Below are positions 7,830-14,026 of a stretch of DNA of 15,244 nt, one piece after another. Position numbers and translations under genes: made by a program. The notes beneath the pieces were generated by a model. It ran no database searches, was not told the origin of the DNA, and saw only the letters and a list, made by a program, of their open reading frames with translations. Origin of the DNA: a virus (Duplodnaviria > Heunggongvirae > Uroviricota > Caudoviricetes); IMG/VR virus record IMGVR_UViG_2695420523_000022; one strand, written 5' to 3'. Position 1 is the first letter of the stretch; each line of letters begins with the position of its first letter.

Positions 7830-8054
7830 TCAGTCCCTGATCCCTTTCAGAAATTCTATCAATGCATCTATCTGTTCAGGATTTACCGCCAGCATTTCAC
7901 CGGACAGAGCACATCTCACAAAACCATGCTGATCCTTTTCAATCAGTGCGCCCGTCTCCAGGAATGCGCGGTAATCATTGATGCTCATCGTCTCCATGTT
8001 GTCAGCATGGTATTTATCACGCTGTTTTAATATCTCATCAAATTTCATCGGCAT
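7830..8054 (-). CDS. Hypothetical protein (74 aa), moron-like with its own terminator
   Basis: ATG at 8054 (MPMKFDEILKQRDKYHADN...) with SD AGAGGA at 7-nt spacing; flanked by terminators on both sides. Confidence 0.5.
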   Translation of the reverse strand: MPMKFDEILKQRDKYHADNMETMSINDYRAFLETGALIEKDQHGFVRCALSGEMLAVNPEQIDALIEFLKGIRD

Positions 8055-8149
8055 TGTTTTTTCCTCTGTTGTGTCTGTTTGTTTCAGATAGTAACTATGC
8101 CTGACCGTGACGAAAACCCGGTAATGCGCCATACCGTTTCAACTGGTGC

Positions 8150-8173
8150 AAAAAAAGCCGGATTTCTCCGGCT
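8150..8173 (-). terminator. Rho-independent terminator after the PerC-like gene
   Basis: Minus strand: AGCCGGAGAAATCCGGCT followed by TTTTTTT, 5 nt after the stop at 8179; near-identical to the 7791-7819 terminator. Confidence 0.8.
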
Positions 8174-8178
8174 GTTGA

Positions 8179-8451
8179 TTAGCTGTCTGGGTAATTACGC
8201 CATATTTCATCGCTTACACCATCTATACCCATTTCAGCATAAGTGCGATCTACTGCCTTTCTCAGGTCTCCGAAGTTATCCGGCGGCTCCGGTGGCTTCT
8301 GTGCCTTCCTGGAACATTCCAGCCGTCGCATCGTAACCTGATGCCGTTCCTTGTCTGTCTCCACCAGCAGCATGACTTCACCCCATCGCGCCGCCGCCCT
8401 CCGGTAAAAGCCTTTCGCCTCGAGTTCTTCCGCTATGCGGTCATGTACCAT
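8179..8451 (-). CDS. PerC-family-like small transcriptional regulator (90 aa); family assignment tentative
   Basis: ATG at 8451 with SD GAGGGGG at 5-nt spacing; motif AEELEAKGFYRRAAARWGEVM resembles the PerC/Pch motif as I recall it; the track ORF from 8571 lacks a credible start. Confidence 0.45.
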   Translation of the reverse strand: MVHDRIAEELEAKGFYRRAAARWGEVMLLVETDKERHQVTMRRLECSRKAQKPPEPPDNFGDLRKAVDRTYAEMGIDGVSDEIWRNYPDS

Positions 8452-8461
8452 CGCCACCCCC

Positions 8462-8872
8462 TCAGAACGGAATACCGTCACCGTAAGGGTCATCGCCTCC
8501 CGCTGGTGGCTGATTACCCTGTGTGCCTGTGGTTTTGCGTCTGTTCCCGCCAGGACGTGCCGCACGGACACTGATTACGCTGTCTGCAATAACCTGATAA
8601 CCCTGCCGCGTTTCCCCGTTCTGTCCGGTCCACTGGCTGACCTGCATCGTGCCGGATACGCTGGCAACGTCGCCTTTTTGATGTTTAGCCAGGAAGTCGG
8701 CCTGCTTACCAAATGCGATGACCGATAGCCATAACGTCGCCTGCCCATCCTGCGCCTGACTACATGGCAACGATACCGCCATACGCGCCAGCGTCATCGG
8801 TGTGCCCTTACTGGTCTGTTTTACCTGCGGGTCGTCCACCAGCCGCCCGTAAGCCGCTATCTGTGCTGTCAT
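8462..8872 (-). CDS. ssb: Single-stranded DNA-binding protein (136 aa)
   Basis: OB-fold-like N-terminus, Gly/Gln-rich linker and acidic C-terminal tail ending DDPYGDGIPF, the canonical SSB tail type; ATG overlaps the upstream stop. Confidence 0.75.
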   Translation of the reverse strand: MTAQIAAYGRLVDDPQVKQTSKGTPMTLARMAVSLPCSQAQDGQATLWLSVIAFGKQADFLAKHQKGDVASVSGTMQVSQWTGQNGETRQGYQVIADSVISVRAARPGGNRRKTTGTQGNQPPAGGDDPYGDGIPF

Positions 8873-9120
8873 GATTCCACCTCTCCGGTTTTAACGTTGA
8901 TGGTTGTTACCTGTTCTGCTTCTGCGATCTCCCGTTCTGTCAGCGTGGCAAAGTTTGCCGCTGCTGTGGTCATGAATGCGCTTATCAGGTCGGGATGTTC
9001 CTTCGCGTATCCTTCCCGCGTGTGGCGGTCTATCGTTCTGATTGCCACCTTTAAGGTGTGCTCAGTCATGTCTAACGCTTTATATTTTGGCTCTGTTCTG
9101 TCTCTGCGTTTTTGGGTCAT
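8869..9120 (-). CDS. Hypothetical protein (83 aa) between the origin and ssb
   Basis: ATG at 9120 (MTQKRRDRTEPKYK...); stop overlaps the ssb ATG; no family recognised. Confidence 0.4.
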   Translation of the reverse strand: MTQKRRDRTEPKYKALDMTEHTLKVAIRTIDRHTREGYAKEHPDLISAFMTTAAANFATLTEREIAEAEQVTTINVKTGEVES

Positions 9121-9131
9121 TTCTCGCAACC

Positions 9132-9323
9132 TCTCACTTTTTCGCCTCACTTTTTCAAGCGTCTCACTTCGTCGCAGTTGGGATTTTCGGTTTTTCTATG
9201 TGTGTGTTTCATAAGTATTTTTTTACCCCTCACTTTTGAGGATGTATACAGGTCGAAAAGTGAGGGAGAGCGGGCTAATTTTGGCCCTCTTTCTATCCCC
9301 CTCGCTTTTGCTCCTCACTTTTA
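9132..9323. repeat. Iteron-type replication origin: at least 5 direct copies and 1 inverted copy of CCTCACTTTT around an AT-rich tract
   Basis: CTCACTT at 9133, 9146, 9163, 9229, 9314; inverted copy AAAAGTGAGG at 9257-9266; degenerate CTCGCTT at 9301; AT-rich 9181-9228; lies directly 3' of the replication gene. Confidence 0.65.
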
Positions 9324-10721
9324 TAGCGGCGCTACATCATCCCCATCGATACGAATAACCCCATCTTTTTCCAGCTTGTACAGCCAGCGCCGGAAGTTTT
9401 TCATTTCATACCCCAGCTTTTTCATGTCATCACGTAACAGCGGGATCGTGCACTTGTCGCCGTTCTGTGTGCGTGAACGGATGCACCCCCATAGCGCGGT
9501 ATGGTTTTCCGTCTTGTTCCCTGCCTCCTCGATGCGCTCCAGTTCAACAGGAGGGCGCGGATCATCCACCACCACCAGCGACGTGATTAATTCACCGTCA
9601 GCGTCGGTAAAAAGCTCCACCACGCGTAAGTCATATGCGGCTTCTTTGAGTTCCTCCGCGTCCTTCATTTTGGTGCATGAGATAACCAGCGCTTCGCTTC
9701 CTGCGTCCTCCCTGCGTATCCGGTATTCAGCATCCAGCGAAGCACGAAATGCACTGGAACCGCGCGCGCCTTTCGTCTCATCCTTGCCGGAATGGTGAAC
9801 CACCAGCACCGTGGCCCCTGTGCGTCGTTTCAGTTCGTCACAACCACGGATAAACGCCCCCATATCACGGGAATCATTTTCATCATTCCCACCAAAGCAA
9901 CGCGCCAGCGTATCCAGAATAATCATGCGTACAGGTTTACCCGTTTCCCGCTCCACCTGACGGGCAGCGATAACCATTTCATCAACATCAAGCGGGGCAG
10001 CCGGAAAGATGGGGCGGTTTACCAGATACAGATTTTTCACCTGCTCATCGTGCACAACCTCCCAGGCTTTTACACGACGCGGAACACCTATACCGCCTTC
10101 ACCAACCACATAGAGAACCGCACCATGTGCAACCCTGCGGCCTCCCCACTGGCGACCAGTGGCAACATGGCACGCCCACGATCCGGCAAGGAATGATTTA
10201 TAGGACCCGCTAGCCCCGTATATGCTGCATAGCGATACCGCCGGAATAATCCCCTTAACCACGTAATCCAGTTGCGTGTCGTATCCGGTAGATCCAACGC
10301 TCATCGGTAGCGTGGTTTTTCGCTGGTGGTTTTTTTCTTCCACCGGCTCTTTCCCGCGCACCCGTTCCAGGTATTCGCGCCAGTTCTCCCGCATATGGCT
10401 GTGCATCCCTTCGGGGTAATAATTCGCATCAGTTACACCCGCCGCCGCCAGCTTGTGCGCAATGGCATTAATATTTGATGGCCTGATGTGGCCTGCCTTG
10501 TACAGCCGGACACAATAGCGCCCCTCGTCGATGATTCTCAGGTCTGCCAGTTCATCCAGTTGATCATCAGCCAGCACAACGGGAGGCACATTATCGCCAG
10601 CCAGTCGCCCGTCCTGTTCCTGCCACTGTTTCGCATGTGCCCACGCATCACTACCCGCAAAAATGATGACTTCGGTCATCTTGTCGTAAGGCTGTTTTTT
10701 TAAGTTCGGTGCGCTTTTCAT
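9321..10721 (-). CDS. Replication initiator / RepA-like RecA-fold ATPase, the satellite pri-rep equivalent (466 aa)
   Basis: Walker A-like GASGSYKS, downstream hydrophobic strand then D (MIILDTLARCFGG) and VLVVHHSGKD, typical of RepA/AAA_25-type replicative ATPases; iterons immediately downstream. Confidence 0.7.
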   Translation of the reverse strand: MKSAPNLKKQPYDKMTEVIIFAGSDAWAHAKQWQEQDGRLAGDNVPPVVLADDQLDELADLRIIDEGRYCVRLYKAGHIRPSNINAIAHKLAAAGVTDANYYPEGMHSHMRENWREYLERVRGKEPVEEKNHQRKTTLPMSVGSTGYDTQLDYVVKGIIPAVSLCSIYGASGSYKSFLAGSWACHVATGRQWGGRRVAHGAVLYVVGEGGIGVPRRVKAWEVVHDEQVKNLYLVNRPIFPAAPLDVDEMVIAARQVERETGKPVRMIILDTLARCFGGNDENDSRDMGAFIRGCDELKRRTGATVLVVHHSGKDETKGARGSSAFRASLDAEYRIRREDAGSEALVISCTKMKDAEELKEAAYDLRVVELFTDADGELITSLVVVDDPRPPVELERIEEAGNKTENHTALWGCIRSRTQNGDKCTIPLLRDDMKKLGYEMKNFRRWLYKLEKDGVIRIDGDDVAPL

Positions 10722-11017
10722 TTCTTGCCCCTGAATACGTTAAGCATCTTTTTTATTTCCTGAATATTGGCGCGTGCTTTCTCCCTGCTGGTTGGTTTAC
10801 TGCGGGGCGCTGCCTGTACCAGAGAAAAATCACGCCGGAACTGATAAACAGGCATCACGCAGTCATATTCGTAGCCTTCACGGCGGTAGGTAATGCGTCG
10901 CTCTTCTACACCTTTAATCGTTACGGTGCCGCCGTACTGGTCGCGGTAAATATCGCCGCGCGTAAATTTAGGGTGAGTGTTGCCACTGGCAGTTAAGCCA
11001 GAATATTTAAGTTTCAT
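10718..11017 (-). CDS. Hypothetical protein (99 aa), translationally coupled to the replication gene
   Basis: ATG at 11017 with SD GGAGAA; stop overlaps the downstream ATG (ATGA). Confidence 0.5.
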   Translation of the reverse strand: MKLKYSGLTASGNTHPKFTRGDIYRDQYGGTVTIKGVEERRITYRREGYEYDCVMPVYQFRRDFSLVQAAPRSKPTSREKARANIQEIKKMLNVFRGKK

Positions 11018-11022
11018 TATTT

Positions 11023-11256
11023 TTATTCTCCGGTGTGCTGTTCTTTATATCTGTCGTGCAATATATCTATTTCTTGCAGTTCCATTATTACAGGCTCAAG
11101 AAGCGTTATTAATGCCGTGGCAATTCTTGATTTTTGTTTGTCGCGTTCATTGTCGCCAAGTGTTTCAAGCCATATGCGTAATATTTCCAGCATGTTTTCA
11201 CTGTGAGAAAGTGCAAGAAATGCGCGGTCTATTGTTTCAAGGTAAATATCACGCAT
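11023..11256 (-). CDS. Hypothetical protein (77 aa)
   Basis: ATG at 11256, 1 nt after the upstream stop; MRDIYLETIDRAFLALSHSENMLEILRIWLETLGDNERD; no family recognised. Confidence 0.45.
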   Translation of the reverse strand: MRDIYLETIDRAFLALSHSENMLEILRIWLETLGDNERDKQKSRIATALITLLEPVIMELQEIDILHDRYKEQHTGE

Positions 11257-11257
11257 A

Positions 11258-11836
11258 TTAATCCCCGTCCGTCGTTTTTCTTAAAATAACCTCTGTCACG
11301 AAATCAGCATAATCGGCGACGATATTCAGTACATCAAGCCCCGTTGATTTATATTCTCTCGTGGAAAGTAAGAAAAAAGCCGCTCTAATAAGCTCTGGCA
11401 TTGACGAAAGCGCATCAGCCGCATCATCAGGAACGCCGGAAAATTCCTGTTTCAGGGAATTAAAACGATCATCACGCATGTTTACCCCCTGAATGACCTG
11501 ATAACCGCAACTGGTCAACAACTCGATAAATTCCGGCAGTGTGCCGAAACAGCAATCATCACGCAGCCGTTCGCAGGATACCTCGACGCCGTTTTCGTAG
11601 TGACTCACCATACATCCGGTAAAATGCAGATCATCATCGTGATGGCTCGTTGACGGCTTAATCAGTCGCGCACGTTCCGCCAGTTCCAGCAATGCTTCAA
11701 CGCTTCCGGCAATTGCACCATCCGGCAGGTGATAATTACGCACTATGCGCCCGTTCTCCACATTGACCAGCAACTGCCCGGTAAATTTCTCGTCAAACTG
11801 AATGCTGTTAAGGTCAGAAATTGACAGGTTATGCAT
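11258..11836 (-). CDS. Hypothetical protein (192 aa), largest unknown in the accessory operon
   Basis: ATG at 11836 (MHNLSISDL...) with strong SD AGGAGG at 6-nt spacing; the track start at 11854 has no SD; no motif recognised. Confidence 0.55.
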   Translation of the reverse strand: MHNLSISDLNSIQFDEKFTGQLLVNVENGRIVRNYHLPDGAIAGSVEALLELAERARLIKPSTSHHDDDLHFTGCMVSHYENGVEVSCERLRDDCCFGTLPEFIELLTSCGYQVIQGVNMRDDRFNSLKQEFSGVPDDAADALSSMPELIRAAFFLLSTREYKSTGLDVLNIVADYADFVTEVILRKTTDGD

Positions 11837-12053
11837 GGTGCACCTCCTGCACATCAGCCATGATAATTTTTCCGGCCTTATCCAGTGCCTGATCGGCTTT
11901 TAGCTGCACAAATGTTAAATAATGGAAGATGCATTCTGATTCTCTGGCTGCGTGTTTATGCGCCCTGTCAGCAATAACAGAAATATCAATAAGCGCGTGC
12001 ATCAGCGTAGTGAGCGCGGCGGCGGCTGCGTCCGGTGTGGTTTTATTGCACAT
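11829..12053 (-). CDS. Hypothetical protein (74 aa)
   Basis: ATG at 12053 with SD GGAGGGG; overlaps the upstream gene by 11 nt and the downstream start by 8 nt. Confidence 0.45.
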   Translation of the reverse strand: MCNKTTPDAAAAALTTLMHALIDISVIADRAHKHAARESECIFHYLTFVQLKADQALDKAGKIIMADVQEVHHA

Positions 12054-12273
12054 GTACCCCTCCGCATTTTTTTTCGTTAGAAATAAGCGTTCTTCTTTCC
12101 TGTTCATCGCTCAGGAATACGCAGACCTCACCGCTAAGGCGTTTAAGTAAGCCGATGATTGCCCCTGATTCGCTGTCGGTCATCATGCCAGGGTAATCCT
12201 CTGCCAGTGCGCAAATAACTTCGATTTGGTGGGCGCGTTCTGCTGCCTGTTGTAGTGTGATTTCCTGGCTCAT
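12043..12273 (-). CDS. Hypothetical protein (76 aa)
   Basis: ATG at 12273 overlapping the upstream stop (ATGA); SD AGGGGG 8 nt upstream. Confidence 0.45.
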   Translation of the reverse strand: MSQEITLQQAAERAHQIEVICALAEDYPGMMTDSESGAIIGLLKRLSGEVCVFLSDEQERRTLISNEKKCGGVHVQ

Positions 12274-12470
12274 AAGCCTACCCCCTGACGAATACGGGCA
12301 GCAAATACCATCACGCAGCCAGCCGGAGATTGCTGGCGTGCTTCCTGTTCGCTGGTGGCCTCAATGGTAATCACGCGCGGTTGTGCCGTGCTCAGGGCGA
12401 TAAAACGCCAGATGTATTTATTCAGGTTGTGCGAGTCCCGCCCTTGCGGGTGTATGGTATAATTTCTCAT
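12270..12470 (-). CDS. Small protein (66 aa), first gene of the leftward operon; possibly Icd-like (P4-type host cell division inhibitor family), tentative
   Basis: ATG at 12470 with SD GAGG at 5-nt spacing; MRNYTIHPQGRD...IWRFIALSTAQPRVITIEATSEQEARQQSPAGCVMVFAARIRQG resembles Icd-like satellite proteins as I recall them. Confidence 0.4.
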   Translation of the reverse strand: MRNYTIHPQGRDSHNLNKYIWRFIALSTAQPRVITIEATSEQEARQQSPAGCVMVFAARIRQGVGL

Positions 12471-12567
12471 AGCTGCCTCGATACTGTTGCTATCGTTGGT
12501 GGTTAGACGCCCTGCATGTGTTGCGAGCACTGCGGGGCGTTGCTTAATTTGAGTAACAAAACTCAAA

Positions 12568-12648
12568 CTGTGCGCACAGATTAAAATCATGTGTGCGCAC
12601 ATGTCAATACTTAACATCTCATTTTTTTTACTGTATTGTGTGCGCCCA
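12568..12648. promoter_or_regulatory. Divergent promoter region with three TGTGCGCACA-type operators (12569-12578, 12592-12601, imperfect 12639-12648)
   Basis: Leftward promoter: -35 TTGACA (revcomp of 12602-12607), 16-nt spacer, -10 TTTAAT (revcomp of 12580-12585); one operator fills the spacer, one sits at the predicted start site. Rightward promoter: -35 TTAACA 12611-12616, -10 TATTGT 12634-12639, overlapped by the third operator. Confidence 0.6.
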
Positions 12649-12675
12649 TAAAGTCCATTTAAGTGAGGTGCATCA

Positions 12676-12873
12676 ATGTCTAGCGGTAACAAAAACAACA
12701 AATCAGCAAAGAAAAATATTCGATTCCCACATGAGCTTATAGATGGGATTGATGCCAGCGTTGAACAAGAAAAATTAACTAATCCTAGTGCTAATTTTTC
12801 CGCATGGGTCTTAGATGCCTGTGGACGCAAATTAAAATATGAACAGCGCCGGAAGGCCAAAGAATCAGAATAA
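12676..12873 (+). CDS. YlcI/YnfO-family (DUF3950) small protein, likely ribbon-helix-helix DNA binder (65 aa); candidate island repressor
   Basis: NIRFPHELIDGIDASV...NFSAWVLDACGRKL matches the YlcI pattern (NIRFP...NFSAWVIEACRRRL) as I recall it; SD GTGAGGTG 6 nt upstream; divergent from the operator-bearing promoter. Confidence 0.65.
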   Translation: MSSGNKNNKSAKKNIRFPHELIDGIDASVEQEKLTNPSANFSAWVLDACGRKLKYEQRRKAKESE

Positions 12874-12930
12874 TCACTATCAGCGCCGTGGTGTGAGGAA
12901 CTACGGCGCATTTCTTTACAGGAGTAGACA

Positions 12931-13116
12931 ATGAACAACGAAGAATTACGGGAAATCGCATTATCCATACTTGAAAGACAGGTAGAAAAAAAATTAAGAG
13001 AAATGGATGAAATGCCTGACCATGAACAGGAAGCAAGGCCAAAAAGATTTGCCCTTGAGGATTTTCTTAAAAATTGCCCAAGAAAGATGAGATCGTGGCG
13101 TTGTTGTCCGCCCTGA
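12931..13116 (+). CDS. Hypothetical protein (61 aa) downstream of the ylcI-like gene
   Basis: ATG at 12931 with strong SD AGGAG at 6-nt spacing; MNNEELREIALSILERQVEKKLREMDE... Confidence 0.5.
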   Translation: MNNEELREIALSILERQVEKKLREMDEMPDHEQEARPKRFALEDFLKNCPRKMRSWRCCPP

Positions 13117-13288
13117 TGACAGATTTGCCAACCAGCCAAAAATGTGGCATCGTTGTCGATGCATAGTGTAATCAACATGTATATCATATTTTTGCCTGTA
13201 ATCCGGCAATTGTGGCGCTTCTTCACACAGTTGATATAATTCCAATGCTCATATTTATTTTTTGTGCAGCAGGTTAATCGTTCACAAA

Positions 13289-13318
13289 GGCGCTCAGGTA
13301 ACTGGGCGCTTTTTGTTA
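13289..13318 (+). terminator. Rho-independent terminator between the convergent alpA and ylcI-like transcripts (probably bidirectional)
   Basis: GGCGCTCAG-GTAA-CTGGGCGCT (9-bp stem with two G-U pairs) followed by TTTTTGTT; CCTTTGTG on the other strand. Confidence 0.6.
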
Positions 13319-13463
13319 TGCCTGAAAAACCCCAATTTTGTTGTTTTTCAGTTTCACCAGGGCGAACGAATCCCCGCCCACGTTCTGGCGTATATTCAAT
13401 CTTCATGGTTATAGCTCTGTGTTCAGATGATTGATGTGTGGCGGCTGCGTGCCGCCAGCGTGA

Positions 13464-13652
13464 TTAATGAACTGCCTTGCAGCTATCCTTCCAGGCCAGA
13501 ACCTCGGATAAAGACCAGCCAACGGAACGACCGCCAAGTTTACGACGTGATGGGAATTGTCCGGCCTTTTCCAGGCGGTAGCGGCATGAGCGGCTAAGGC
13601 CTGTTAGCTTTTCGCATTCTTTTTCACGTATAAACCGATCAGTGCTTAACAC
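13464..13652 (-). CDS. alpA: AlpA-family phage regulatory protein / excisionase-like wHTH (62 aa)
   Basis: LTGLSRSCRYRLEKAGQFPSRRKLGGRSVGWSLSEVLAW is the AlpA signature; GTG start at 13652 with SD AAGGGGG at 5-nt spacing. Confidence 0.8.
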   Translation of the reverse strand: MLSTDRFIREKECEKLTGLSRSCRYRLEKAGQFPSRRKLGGRSVGWSLSEVLAWKDSCKAVH

Positions 13653-13930
13653 TATTGCCCCCTTTCGTTTCTTAAAGAGTTATTTCGTGTTCTATTGCGT
13701 TGGGATGTGTCTGATTGTGTCAGGATGATTCAGAGTTGGCAAATGTTGAGGCCGCATGGTTTACAGAAAGAGGAATAATCAGGATAAAATCATTTAAATT
13801 CATGTTAATACAAAGGCATAAAATATTGTTTCATGCCTTTTTTCTCGCTATTTAAAGAGTGATTCGCTAGTGTATAAAAAACCAGTAACACATTAAAAAT
13901 CAGCTACTTATAAATCTGTACACTTTTTCG

Positions 13931-13980
13931 CCTCTTGTTCGTAGTTGTTCCGCATTGTTGCTCATTGTTGCACGTTGTAT
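13931..13980 (-). promoter_or_regulatory. Five tandem 10-bp units each containing TTGTT (GAACAA on the minus strand) between int and alpA
   Basis: cctcTTGTTC gtagTTGTTC cgcaTTGTTG ctcaTTGTTG cacgTTGTAT; same unit and cgtg spacer as the arrays at 251-280 and 7753-7782. Confidence 0.55.
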
Positions 13981-13993
13981 CTGTTCGCATATC

Positions 13994-14009
13994 CAGTATG
14001 CGCATACTG
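13994..14009. promoter_or_regulatory. 16-bp perfect palindrome CAGTATGCGCATACTG, 18 bp beyond the int stop; candidate protein-binding site
   Basis: Exact dyad symmetry; no flanking U-tract on the int strand, so not a canonical terminator. Confidence 0.4.
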
Positions 14010-14026
14010 AAAAAATACGAAAAAAA

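Noticed and set aside
8179-8571. Longer 130-aa version of the PerC-like ORF starting at GTG 8571
   Set aside because: It would overlap the last 110 nt of ssb with no SD; the internal ATG at 8451 has a strong SD and gives a family-typical 90-aa size.
9112-9798. 228-aa plus-strand ORF
   Set aside because: Antisense to the replication gene and spanning the iteron origin; Ser/Phe-rich low-complexity translation; no SD.
12270-13406. 378-aa minus-strand ORF running through the divergent promoter and antisense to the ylcI-like gene
   Set aside because: It crosses an operator-bearing promoter and an intrinsic terminator, lies antisense to two plus-strand genes with strong SDs, and its translation is Cys/Ser-rich and low-complexity. 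Only its last 66 codons (12270-12470) look like a real gene. The length of the open frame is unusual for AT-rich DNA, but I judge it an artefact.
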